NCBI GenBank assembly: GCA_965116875.1
Contig: OZ220733.1
Coordinates: forward strand, 160,001 to 224,000
DNA: 64,000 nt
Direction of reading: 5' to 3'
Source: Candidatus Latescibacterota bacterium
GTDB taxonomy: Bacteria; Latescibacterota; UBA2968; GCA-2709665
The position numbers and the translations under genes were made by a program. Numbering within the stretch: the first letter of the stretch is position 1; every line of letters starts with the position of its first letter. Shown in pieces: positions 19,031 through 27,853 of the stretch. The notes under the pieces are model-generated. The model worked only from the letters and a program-made list of their open reading frames with translations, did no database searches and was not told the origin of the DNA.

Positions 19031-20587
19031 ATGGCCGAAGCCACACCGGAGCTTCTACAACTGACCCGCAAGGACTTCGTTTCCGACCAGGAAGTCCGCT
19101 GGTGTCCGGGATGCGGAGACTACGCCATACTGGCGCAGATGCAGAGGGTGCTTCCCGAACTCGGCATTCCCCGGGAACAGATCGTGTTCATCTCCGGAAT
19201 CGGCTGTTCCAGCCGTTTTCCGTACTACATGAACACCTATGGGGTGCATTCCATTCACGGGCGGGCGCCAACCCTGGCCTCGGGCCTGAAAGTGGCCAAT
19301 CCGGACCTGCACGTATGGGTGATCACCGGGGACGGCGACGGTCTGTCCATCGGCGGCAACCATCTTCTGCACATTCTGCGCCGGAACGTGAATGTGAACA
19401 TCATCCTCTTCAACAACCGCATCTACGGCCTTACCAAGGGGCAATATTCGCCCACGTCATTGCCCGGCCACAAGACGTATTCCTCGCCCATGGGCTCGAT
19501 CGAACAGTCCTTCAATCCCATTTCCGTCGCCATTGGGGCCGAGGCCACCTTTGTCGCGCGTTCCGTCGACAGAAACACCAAGCACCTTGCCGAAATGCTC
19601 CGCAGGGCGGCTGCTCACAAGGGCACCTCGTTTGTCGAAATCTATCAGAATTGCAACATCTACAACGATGGCGCGTGGTTCCACATTACCGAAGCCGACG
19701 TCAAGGAAGACAATACGTTGATTCTTGAAGACGGTCAGCCGATGATTTTCGGAAAGGAGCGGGACAAGGGCGTCCGGATGAACGATCTGCGTCCGGAAGT
19801 CGTGGCGCTGGGCAACGGCACATCCGCAGACGACCTGTTGGTACACCACGAGTCCGCGGATCCGCCCGCGCTGGCATACATGCTGAGCCGCATGGAATAT
19901 CCGGATTTTCCAGTGCCGCTGGGGGTTCTCCGCTGCGTGGACCGACCCGTTTACGAGGAGGAAATTCTCGCACAGGGTCGCGCCGCCGTCACTCAGAATG
20001 GGGAAGCCGATCTGACCACGCTTTATAATGCTTCCGATACCTGGATTGTATCGGAAGAGGACAGCGTTCCGGTCGAGCGGGACGTCGTGGAGGAAGTCGA
20101 GACGGATATCCCGGATATCATCCCGGGAATCGGCGGAGAGGACCCGATAGACCCGAAGGGTGAATTCGAGCGTCTGGTCATCGATCCGATCTCCACGGTA
20201 AAACTCCACACCCCGGAATTCATCACGCCGGGGGCCTCAATGCTCGAAGCCATGCTGCTGATGGAAGAAAAAGAGGCCGGCTGCCTTCTGGTTTCCGAAG
20301 ACGGCGTCACCCTTCAGGGCATCCTGGCGGAAGGGGACTTCTTCGTGAAAGTCGTGGGCAACGACGTCGATCTGGCAACCACGCGCGTGGAAGACGTAAT
20401 GACGCCAAATCCCACAACCATGAGATTGTCCGATCCCATCGGTTACGCGCTGCATCTGATGGACCTGCACGGCTACCGGCATATCCCGGTTGTCGACCCC
20501 GGTGGACGGGTCGTCAAGGTGGTGTCGTTCAGGGCGGCTCTCGAGTTCTTCACTCAACTTTACGACAACGGGGCGAACGGCAACTGA
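19031..20587 (+). CDS. korB: 2-oxoacid:ferredoxin oxidoreductase beta subunit fused to a C-terminal CBS pair
   Basis: WCPGCGD, GIGCSSR and GDGDGLSIGGN TPP motif; acidic linker; then GILAEGDF..VMTPNP..YRHIPVVD CBS domains. Confidence 0.92.
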   Translation: MAEATPELLQLTRKDFVSDQEVRWCPGCGDYAILAQMQRVLPELGIPREQIVFISGIGCSSRFPYYMNTYGVHSIHGRAPTLASGLKVANPDLHVWVITGDGDGLSIGGNHLLHILRRNVNVNIILFNNRIYGLTKGQYSPTSLPGHKTYSSPMGSIEQSFNPISVAIGAEATFVARSVDRNTKHLAEMLRRAAAHKGTSFVEIYQNCNIYNDGAWFHITEADVKEDNTLILEDGQPMIFGKERDKGVRMNDLRPEVVALGNGTSADDLLVHHESADPPALAYMLSRMEYPDFPVPLGVLRCVDRPVYEEEILAQGRAAVTQNGEADLTTLYNASDTWIVSEEDSVPVERDVVEEVETDIPDIIPGIGGEDPIDPKGEFERLVIDPISTVKLHTPEFITPGASMLEAMLLMEEKEAGCLLVSEDGVTLQGILAEGDFFVKVVGNDVDLATTRVEDVMTPNPTTMRLSDPIGYALHLMDLHGYRHIPVVDPGGRVVKVVSFRAALEFFTQLYDNGANGN

Positions 20588-20612
20588 TTCAGGCGCCTTC
20601 CCCGGACAGACC

Positions 20613-20650
20613 AACAGGAGCCCCGGACGCGGACGTCCGGGGCTCCTGTT
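20613..20650. terminator. Hairpin between convergent genes, probable bidirectional terminator
   Basis: aacaggagccccggac / gtccggggctcctgtt perfect inverted repeat. Confidence 0.75.
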
Positions 20651-20666
20651 CCATTGGATTGCAGTG

Positions 20667-21143
20667 TCACGAATACACTTGTCCGACCTTCGGCCGATTG
20701 TACACCACCTCTGCCGTCAGGTCCTGCGGGAATTCATCCATCCTCTCCTGTCCCAACCGCTCCACCTCCGCCAGCCCCTGTTCGATTTTTCGCCTCAGCG
20801 CGCCGACGTCCACGCCCAGAAAGCGGTCGGGAAACTGCTTCAGCTTGAAATATGAATTATTGTAGTGCTTGACAGTCCCGTGGTAGATTCCTCGTCGAAG
20901 CTGGTGATAGGCGGCCGCGAGCTGGATCAGGCCCTGAAAGAAAATCCGGCTCGGCTCTTTATGCCTGCGCCAGACCTGCTCCCATGCCTCGTGGCTTTCC
21001 CAGTGCTCCCGGCAGTTGAAGAGGCGCACGCCCTTCTCAAAGTCCGCCCAGTCCTCGGCCGACATTGGGGGCTCAACCACGTCCGCTGCACGAATGAGGT
21101 ATGCCTCCTTCATCCGCGCCGATTTCAGGTCGAAACCTTCCAC
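20667..21143 (-). CDS. DUF309 family protein
   Basis: LFN..WESHEAWEQVW..FFQGLIQLAAAYHQ motif. Confidence 0.85.
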   Translation of the reverse strand: MEGFDLKSARMKEAYLIRAADVVEPPMSAEDWADFEKGVRLFNCREHWESHEAWEQVWRRHKEPSRIFFQGLIQLAAAYHQLRRGIYHGTVKHYNNSYFKLKQFPDRFLGVDVGALRRKIEQGLAEVERLGQERMDEFPQDLTAEVVYNRPKVGQVYS

Positions 21144-21146
21144 GCG

Positions 21147-21923
21147 CTACCCTCTTGACTGCACCTCCAGCATCGTCTCCAGCGCCACCAGATGCGCCCG
21201 AACCCGTACATCCATTGCCAGCGTCGACGGCGTCTCGGACGTAATCAGTCGATCGGTATACGACTGCTTGAACAACACGATCGGCACGCCGCCGCCAAGA
21301 CGCCGCTTTTCCACCTGCAGATTTGGAAATATCACGCCATTCGCCGCGGTTTCACCCTCGATCGTCGTCTGTGTATTCAGCGGACAGACCCGGGACACCT
21401 GTTTTGTTATCGACCGTCCCGCGGGCGCCAGCCCGCGAACCTGTTCGTAAAGATAGTACCCGGGGCTCTCCCAGTCTTCGTGCAGGTCCATTACCGCCGC
21501 GAACTTCCTCCCGCGAACAAACCGCTTCAACAGGCCGATCTCCGGAACGTCGTCCCGGAGGAATGCCCAGTTGATGTCCACGTCCTGCGCATTCGACCGG
21601 GTATTGTGAACGTATCCGTAGGGATTCAGGCAGGGGATCACGAAGAACCTGAATCGATCCAGCCATTGCTCGCACCCTTTCTCCAGAAAAGCCAGAGCCC
21701 CTTCCGTTCCCGCCGGTTCGTCGCCGTGCGTTCCACCGTTGACGTAAACCGCAGGAAGCGATGAATCTTCAGGAAGCGTTGCGCAATAGACCGGATAGCC
21801 GGCGACTCGGCCCAGCACTTCGATTCGGATATCCCGGCGCGATAGCGCCTCGGTGCGTTCTACGACCTCATTGTAGTCACGCATGAAATCCTGCCCCATG
21901 ACCTGGCCGCCCACACAGAACAC
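21147..21923 (-). CDS. M14-like zinc carboxypeptidase / desuccinylase-family protein
   Basis: GGTHGDEPAG, PCLNPYG, DINWAF, DLHED; start may be slightly downstream. Confidence 0.82.
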   Translation of the reverse strand: MFCVGGQVMGQDFMRDYNEVVERTEALSRRDIRIEVLGRVAGYPVYCATLPEDSSLPAVYVNGGTHGDEPAGTEGALAFLEKGCEQWLDRFRFFVIPCLNPYGYVHNTRSNAQDVDINWAFLRDDVPEIGLLKRFVRGRKFAAVMDLHEDWESPGYYLYEQVRGLAPAGRSITKQVSRVCPLNTQTTIEGETAANGVIFPNLQVEKRRLGGGVPIVLFKQSYTDRLITSETPSTLAMDVRVRAHLVALETMLEVQSRG

Positions 21924-21932
21924 GGGCGGGAT

Positions 21933-23257
21933 TCAGTCAAACATGTCCCTGCCGAGCGTAATCCCATGCGCTTCGACGGGATCCCGGGTCCTGCCGGCTC
22001 GGGCCAGCCGCCGGGACAATTCCGCGGCCAGAATTTCACCCATCTCACGCGTCTTATCGGGCAGTTCCCGCGCCAGATTTCGCTGCTCCGAAGGATCGCC
22101 GCCCAGATCATACAGTTCCAACATGGGATTGCCGTAAAAGTCCGGTTCGAGTGCGGCGATCAGCTTCCATCCGCCTTCGCACACGGCCCATTTCGCCATC
22201 CAGGTGCATTCCTGCGAAAGCAGCAGTTCCCCCTCTTCACGATCCAACCCGCCAAGAATGAACGGAAGCAGCGAACGCCCATCCATCCCGCGCGGGACCG
22301 GCAGCCCGGCGCCTTCAAGTACCGTAGGCGCGAGATCCGTGTGTTGAGCCAGCGACCGGATGCGGCGCCCGCCGACCTCGACCCCGGCCACCTCACAATC
22401 AACGGTACCCGAATATCGCTCTCGTACAATCCATGGTGATCGAAGTAAATGCCGTGCTCACCCAACTCCTCGCCGTGGTCGCTGAAAATGAATACCGCCG
22501 TTTCTTCCGCGATACCCAACCCGTCCAGCGCCCCCAGCAACTCGCGGATGCCGTCGTCCACACATTTCACTTCGGCATCGTACTGGCTGCGTACGAATTC
22601 GACGTCGGTAATCTGCGCCCCCGCCGCATCGGGCCACTCCATCGCCATCCGCCCGAGCCAGCCGGACGTCCACCAGCTTCTCAGGGGCCGGCGGTAGAAT
22701 TCGTCAAGGCTGCCCCTGTTTTCCACCGTGGGATCGCTGGTGTAAAAGAGGTCCCTGTACTCCACGGGAGGCATGTAAGGCGTGTGAGGATCCCAATAGT
22801 GTACGAAGAGAAAGAACGGCTCACGGCCATGGGCTTTGAGCCACTCCACGGCCAGCTCATTGAACCGAAAGCATTCGGGATAACTTCCCGCCTCTCTCGG
22901 ATTCAGACAGACGTCGAACCCCCTTGAAAACCAGGGTTTGTGATGCTCCGCCAGATTGTCGATCGCTGCCGTGGCGTACCCGGCCCGTTGCAGAAATTCA
23001 GGCAGAAAGGGCGCGCCCTTGCCGAGAGACCAGCGGCCCCGGTGCGCCACGATTCCATGCGTGGTGGGCCACTGTCCGGTAAACATGCACGTAAATGAAG
23101 GTTGCGTGGGTATGGACGGCGCGTAGCAATTCTCGAACACCGCCGACCGGCCTGCAAACGCATCGATGAACGGCGTGGTGGGCCGGTCGTATCCGTAGCA
23201 CCCGAGTCGATCCGCTCGCAGGCTGTCGACGGCGATCATCAGGAAATTCATCCGCAC
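21933..23257 (-). pseudogene. Sulfatase-like (alkaline phosphatase superfamily) hydrolase split by a 1-nt frameshift near 22382-22385
   Basis: DSLRAD..HYWDPHTPY..SDHGE..VPLIVRWPG in one frame; QHTDLAPT..WKLI..ELYDL..DPSEQRNL in another; one extra G in the G4 run restores the frame. Confidence 0.8.
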
Positions 23258-23312
23258 GCCTTCATGATATATACAGTCTGCCGAAACAACCCGGGGACGA
23301 ATTCTCCGCCCG

Positions 23313-24191
23313 TCAGTTCTCCCGAACCACCCAGTCCTCGAATTCCAGGCCTTCGGACAAGTGCCAGGCCGTCAGATAAAGCGACGCGGTAAACTTCACC
23401 GCCTCCCGCGCACGCTCCATACCGAATGCCACGACGTCCGGAACCGCCGTCCACTCGCCCTCACCCGCGGGCGGCAATTGAACCTCCAGGCCATATACGG
23501 CGTCCAGAAGCGACCTGCTGTTGTCTATCTGCGCGGCAATTCCCGCCATCAGACTGTCCAGCACCACGGGCTGTTGACCCGATGCCAGAGCCCCCGGCGC
23601 AGGGTCAATCCTGCGGATCAGATCGTCCACCTTGTAGTGTATGCCGCTGGGTTGAATGGCGCCGTCCGGGCCGGGCCGTCCGTTGAAGTACATGGTCACG
23701 TGCAGCGGCTGGCAGAGGTCCTGGGCGTAATTCGCGACAAAACCGGCGTACATCAGACACTTTTGTCTGATGTGGCGATTGTCCGGCCAGCGCCTGTGTT
23801 CTGCGAACGCCACTGCCAGCCTCTGCGTCCACTCGGCGACCGAATAGGGAAGGAAACCGACCCTGTCCGGCGCGATGCCCTGCTCCGCGCAAAACTCAAG
23901 AAACCCGTTGCGATCGGCCGGCAACGAAGCGTCTTTCAGTCGTTCCGGATTGAAATAGTGCTCGGGAACTTCGGCGCGGCGCAAAATCGGCGTTCCGCGA
24001 TTCCTCGCCAGGTCGGGGTCCCACACATAGTGTGCGATCGCGTCTCCTCCGGCGCGAAAGAAGCCCGGCATCCGCTCCGGAAGCGAGGCGACCGCAGCTC
24101 TGGTGACGATGCCGTGCCCGCGGACCCACCATCCCTGGGCGGCGCTCGCATTCAGGACGATCAATACCAGTACGACAGCCCATCTCGCCAT
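23313..24191 (-). CDS. Secreted S1/P1 nuclease / phospholipase C-like zinc protein
   Basis: Signal peptide then WWVRGH; PD; EHY; QDLCQPLHVT; IHYKVD. Confidence 0.7.
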   Translation of the reverse strand: MARWAVVLVLIVLNASAAQGWWVRGHGIVTRAAVASLPERMPGFFRAGGDAIAHYVWDPDLARNRGTPILRRAEVPEHYFNPERLKDASLPADRNGFLEFCAEQGIAPDRVGFLPYSVAEWTQRLAVAFAEHRRWPDNRHIRQKCLMYAGFVANYAQDLCQPLHVTMYFNGRPGPDGAIQPSGIHYKVDDLIRRIDPAPGALASGQQPVVLDSLMAGIAAQIDNSRSLLDAVYGLEVQLPPAGEGEWTAVPDVVAFGMERAREAVKFTASLYLTAWHLSEGLEFEDWVVREN

Positions 24192-24304
24192 CTGGCACCC
24201 CCTATATGCGCGTCAGCTCTGTTCCGTCTGCGGGAACATTGCGTTTCGGAATCCTGACTGCGAAGTTACATCGGCACAGCTTCTTTGTCAACGACTGGTT
24301 AACA

Positions 24305-24336
24305 GAAGCGGAGGCCCCGTGTGAGACCTCCGCTTC
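24305..24336 (-). terminator. Hairpin immediately downstream of tRNA-Sec
   Basis: gaagcggagg / cctccgcttc inverted repeat. Confidence 0.6.
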
Positions 24337-24342
24337 GGATAA

Positions 24343-24440
24343 TGGCGGGAATGTGTGGGAATCGAACCCACCCAGCGTGTGATTAGCACGCCGCAACGGG
24401 TTTGAAGCCCGCGAGGGCCACCAGTGCCCCATCCACTCCC
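24343..24440 (-). tRNA. selC: tRNA-Sec (anticodon UCA)
   Basis: 98 nt; GGGAGTG/CATTCCC acceptor stem + GCCA; CTTCAAA anticodon loop; long variable arm; GTGGG-TTCGATT-CCCAC T arm; adjacent to selB. Confidence 0.96.
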
Positions 24441-24478
24441 GCACAATGTCGGTCGACTGGATCCGTTGACCTGACCCT

Positions 24479-26380
24479 TTATCGACTCGCCAACACCCGG
24501 ACGTCCCCCTTTCTCAAGGTGACGCCCCTGTTATCGAAATAGTTCAACAATGGAACGGCGTATTTGCGCGTGGTGCCCACCAGGTCGCGGAATGCCGAAA
24601 CACTCATCTCCCGGTTTCGCCGCAGGTAATCGACGAGCTCCTGCTCAATCTCCTCGAGCGTACGCGGCGGAAACACCAGATGCTCGTCGAGCCTCACGAT
24701 CTCTCCCATCGCCTGCATGGCGGCCGAAACAGCGTGAACTTCGGCGGAGTCCCGCGCCAGGTGAACCCCCATCTCGTTCAGATCCGGAGGGGCGGACCGT
24801 CCAGCCTTCAGAAGCGCCAGCATTTCCTCTCTGATCCGGCCCTGGTCTCCTGAGAACTGGATCCGGTGATCGGCCAGACGCAGGAGGGGACCCGAGGATA
24901 TCAACCCCTTCTCCGAGAGCAGATGGTCGATTGCCCGCTCGAATGTACTGTCCGGCGGCCTTCCCTCCACCAGCCGGTGGAGTTCGCTGTGCGAAACCCC
25001 CGCCTTGAGGGGATGGGTCCGGTGATAGATGGACAGCGCATCCCGAACGTGTTGCAGCAGCGACTGCCACGAATCCGTATGAACGTATACGGCCTTTCCC
25101 GCGTGGCGAAAGACGAATGCCTCTCCCCTGTCCTGCAGGTCCTGCAGCCGGTCGTCTGTCTCGGACAGAGACAACCCCAGCGCCGCCGCAAGATCAGAGG
25201 CCGACTGGGCCCGGTATCCCGCCGCCTTCAGACGAAGGCCCAACACGCGGGTCGGATCCTCAACTTCGGACGCGCGCAGCGGTTCGAGCGTGTCCTCCCG
25301 AAAGCGGCGATGCTTGGCCGGCTGCGCATCCAGCACCACCCCTCCGCCCAGCGTTTGCACGGGCGAATAACGTCGGATCACGAATCGGTCGCCCCGGGCC
25401 GCCACGCCGCGCTCTTCCAGGCGGAACTGCACCAGCTGGGATTCGCCGGGGTGCAACTCGTCCCCCTCGAGGAGAACCACGCGCGCCAGTACGTCTCTCG
25501 GTCCAAGGTGCAGATGCACCCGCGCCCGGTTCTCCAGTGACACCGGCGCATCCTTCAGCAGACGCAGCCGTGCGTCCAGCATATAGGTGGAACTGAAATA
25601 CCCCCGCTGCGCCAGAAGATCTCCCCGCGCGACCTGATCCACCTCCACGTCGGCCAGGTTGATCGCCGCCCGGTGACCAACGACGGCTGTCTCCACGTCC
25701 CTGCCGTGTACCTGCACGCCACGCACCCGAACGGCATGGTTGGCCGGCTGCAGCATCACCACGTCCTTCGGCCGAACCCGGCCCGACAGTACGGTGCCCG
25801 TTACAACCGTACCGAATCCCCTGACGGAGAATACACGATCCACCGGAAGACGAAACACGCCGCCATCGGGGCGCGTCTCCGCATTCCCGATTTCTTCCTC
25901 CAGCAGCGCCCCCAGCGTCTCCATCCCCTCGCCGGTCACCGCGGACACCGGTACGATCGGAGCGCCCTCCAGAAACGTGCCTTCGAACAGGTCGCGCAGG
26001 TCCTCCTCCACCAGGTCCGCCCAGTCCGGCTCCACCAGGTCCACCTTGTTCAGCGCCACAACACCCCGCCGTACGCCCAGAAGATTCAGAATACCCAGGT
26101 GCTCACGCGTCTGGGGCATGGCCCCGTCGTCCGCCGCCACCACAAACAGGGCGAGATCCACCGAACACACGCCGGTCACCATATTCTTCACGAACCGTTC
26201 GTGACCGGGCACGTCGATGATCGTGACATCGTCCTTCCAGTACGCGAATCCGATATCGATTGTCACGCCCCGGTCCTTCTCCTGCGGGAGCGTATCCGTA
26301 TCGATACCCGTAAGCGCCTTGATCAACGCGGTCTTTCCATGGTCGATATGACCCGCCGTACCGATAATCACGTGCGACAT
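24479..26380 (-). CDS. selB: Selenocysteine-specific elongation factor
   Basis: [20 protein letters not shown]-terminal [10 protein letters not shown] winged helix. Confidence 0.96.
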   Translation of the reverse strand: MSHVIIGTAGHIDHGKTALIKALTGIDTDTLPQEKDRGVTIDIGFAYWKDDVTIIDVPGHERFVKNMVTGVCSVDLALFVVAADDGAMPQTREHLGILNLLGVRRGVVALNKVDLVEPDWADLVEEDLRDLFEGTFLEGAPIVPVSAVTGEGMETLGALLEEEIGNAETRPDGGVFRLPVDRVFSVRGFGTVVTGTVLSGRVRPKDVVMLQPANHAVRVRGVQVHGRDVETAVVGHRAAINLADVEVDQVARGDLLAQRGYFSSTYMLDARLRLLKDAPVSLENRARVHLHLGPRDVLARVVLLEGDELHPGESQLVQFRLEERGVAARGDRFVIRRYSPVQTLGGGVVLDAQPAKHRRFREDTLEPLRASEVEDPTRVLGLRLKAAGYRAQSASDLAAALGLSLSETDDRLQDLQDRGEAFVFRHAGKAVYVHTDSWQSLLQHVRDALSIYHRTHPLKAGVSHSELHRLVEGRPPDSTFERAIDHLLSEKGLISSGPLLRLADHRIQFSGDQGRIREEMLALLKAGRSAPPDLNEMGVHLARDSAEVHAVSAAMQAMGEIVRLDEHLVFPPRTLEEIEQELVDYLRRNREMSVSAFRDLVGTTRKYAVPLLNYFDNRGVTLRKGDVRVLASR

Positions 26381-27804
26381 CAGGTTGACTCCGCACCGAT
26401 CCCCGCCGCGCGCCGCAGCGCGTCCTCGACGAGGCGCAACTCACCGGAAGCCACCGTCCGCAGGTCCAGAAACAGCCGCTCGTCCCGCACGTATCCGACG
26501 ACCGGCGGATCGTTGGAGCGCAGCCTGGCCGCGAGGTCGGTCACGGACCCATCGTTGACGAAAGACACACAGAGCGCCGCGCTTGCGATTTCCTCCAGGG
26601 GCATGGCGCCGCTGCCCGTCTGCGCAACCGAATCCACCAGGTCAACCCGCAGCCCGCAGTCCTGCAGCTGACTCAGCCGGGCCAGACTCCGCCTTCCCCG
26701 CCGCATCAGAGCGGTAACAGGCTCAGTGAGCATCCCCAGCGTTGGATGCGCCCGCAGCAGATCCTTCCGGTTCAGGAAGAGCCTCAACGTTGCCGCCAGT
26801 GCGGCGTACGTGAGCTTCCCGCACCGCAGCGCCCGCATGAGCGGGTTCCGCCGGATTTTCCGGATGGCGTCTTCCCTCCCCACCAGAATGCCCGCCTGGG
26901 GTCCGCCCAACACCTTGTCGGCGCTGAACGTGACCACGTCGGCGCCGGCCGCGACGCTGTCCGACACCAGGGGCTCGTGCGGCAGACCGAACTCACCCAT
27001 ATCCACCAGCGCCCCGCCTCCGAGGTCGTGGACCACGGTCACACCGCGCCGATTGCCCAGCGCAACCAATTCCGGGAGTGAAACCGCGGCTGTAAAGCCC
27101 ATCACCTTGTAGTTGCTCGGGTGTACCGCCAGCATCAGACCGGCGCGGTCGGTCAGCGCGGCCTCATAGTCCCGCAGGTGCGTCCGGTTGGTTGTACCCA
27201 CCTCTACGAGTACCGCGCCGCTTCGCTCCATGATTTCCGGAATGCGAAAAGAATCACCGATCTCGATCAATTCGCCTCGCGAGACCAGCGCTTCTTTTCC
27301 AAGACAAAGCGTATTCAGGGTCAACAATACGGCCGCCGCGTTGTTGTTGACCACAGCCGCCGCTTCCGCGCCCGTCAACGCACACAACAGTTCCTCAACC
27401 AGCGCCGTTCGGGACCCGCGCCGGCCGGATTCAAGGTCTGACTCCAGATTGCTGTACCCGGAGGCAATTCCCGCGACCGCACGGGCGGCGGCATCCGACA
27501 GCGGCGCGCGCCCGAGGTTCGTGTGCAACACGATTCCGGTGGCGTTGACGACCCGCTTGAGGCCGGGTTCGGTCAAACGCGCCACCCGCAGACAGACCCG
27601 GCGGGTTACACGCGCCAGGAGCGTATTCCGGGATTCGCCGGTCGCCTCACCGCTGAGTATGGACTGCCGAACGGCGACGATTTCCTCGCGCACAAAACGC
27701 GCAACCAGCGGCTGATTGCAGCATTCACACAACGCGCGAACCCCAGGTTCAGCCATTACCGAGTCAACCGAAGGAATCACCGACAAGTTGGCCTGCTCTG
27801 CCAT
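26380..27804 (-). CDS. selA: L-seryl-tRNA(Sec) selenium transferase
   Basis: NATGIVLHTNLGRA, VNNNAAA, EVGTTNRT, FSADKVLGGPQAG; ATG at 27804 after GGGAG. Confidence 0.96.
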   Translation of the reverse strand: MAEQANLSVIPSVDSVMAEPGVRALCECCNQPLVARFVREEIVAVRQSILSGEATGESRNTLLARVTRRVCLRVARLTEPGLKRVVNATGIVLHTNLGRAPLSDAAARAVAGIASGYSNLESDLESGRRGSRTALVEELLCALTGAEAAAVVNNNAAAVLLTLNTLCLGKEALVSRGELIEIGDSFRIPEIMERSGAVLVEVGTTNRTHLRDYEAALTDRAGLMLAVHPSNYKVMGFTAAVSLPELVALGNRRGVTVVHDLGGGALVDMGEFGLPHEPLVSDSVAAGADVVTFSADKVLGGPQAGILVGREDAIRKIRRNPLMRALRCGKLTYAALAATLRLFLNRKDLLRAHPTLGMLTEPVTALMRRGRRSLARLSQLQDCGLRVDLVDSVAQTGSGAMPLEEIASAALCVSFVNDGSVTDLAARLRSNDPPVVGYVRDERLFLDLRTVASGELRLVEDALRRAAGIGAEST

Positions 27805-27853
27805 GATGCTCCCGATAGCGGACGCCATTGACGACGCGCGGCGCGGTCTGCCT

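Noticed and set aside
24343-24440. Island integrated at selC
   Set aside because: No integrase and no duplicated tRNA 3' end seen.
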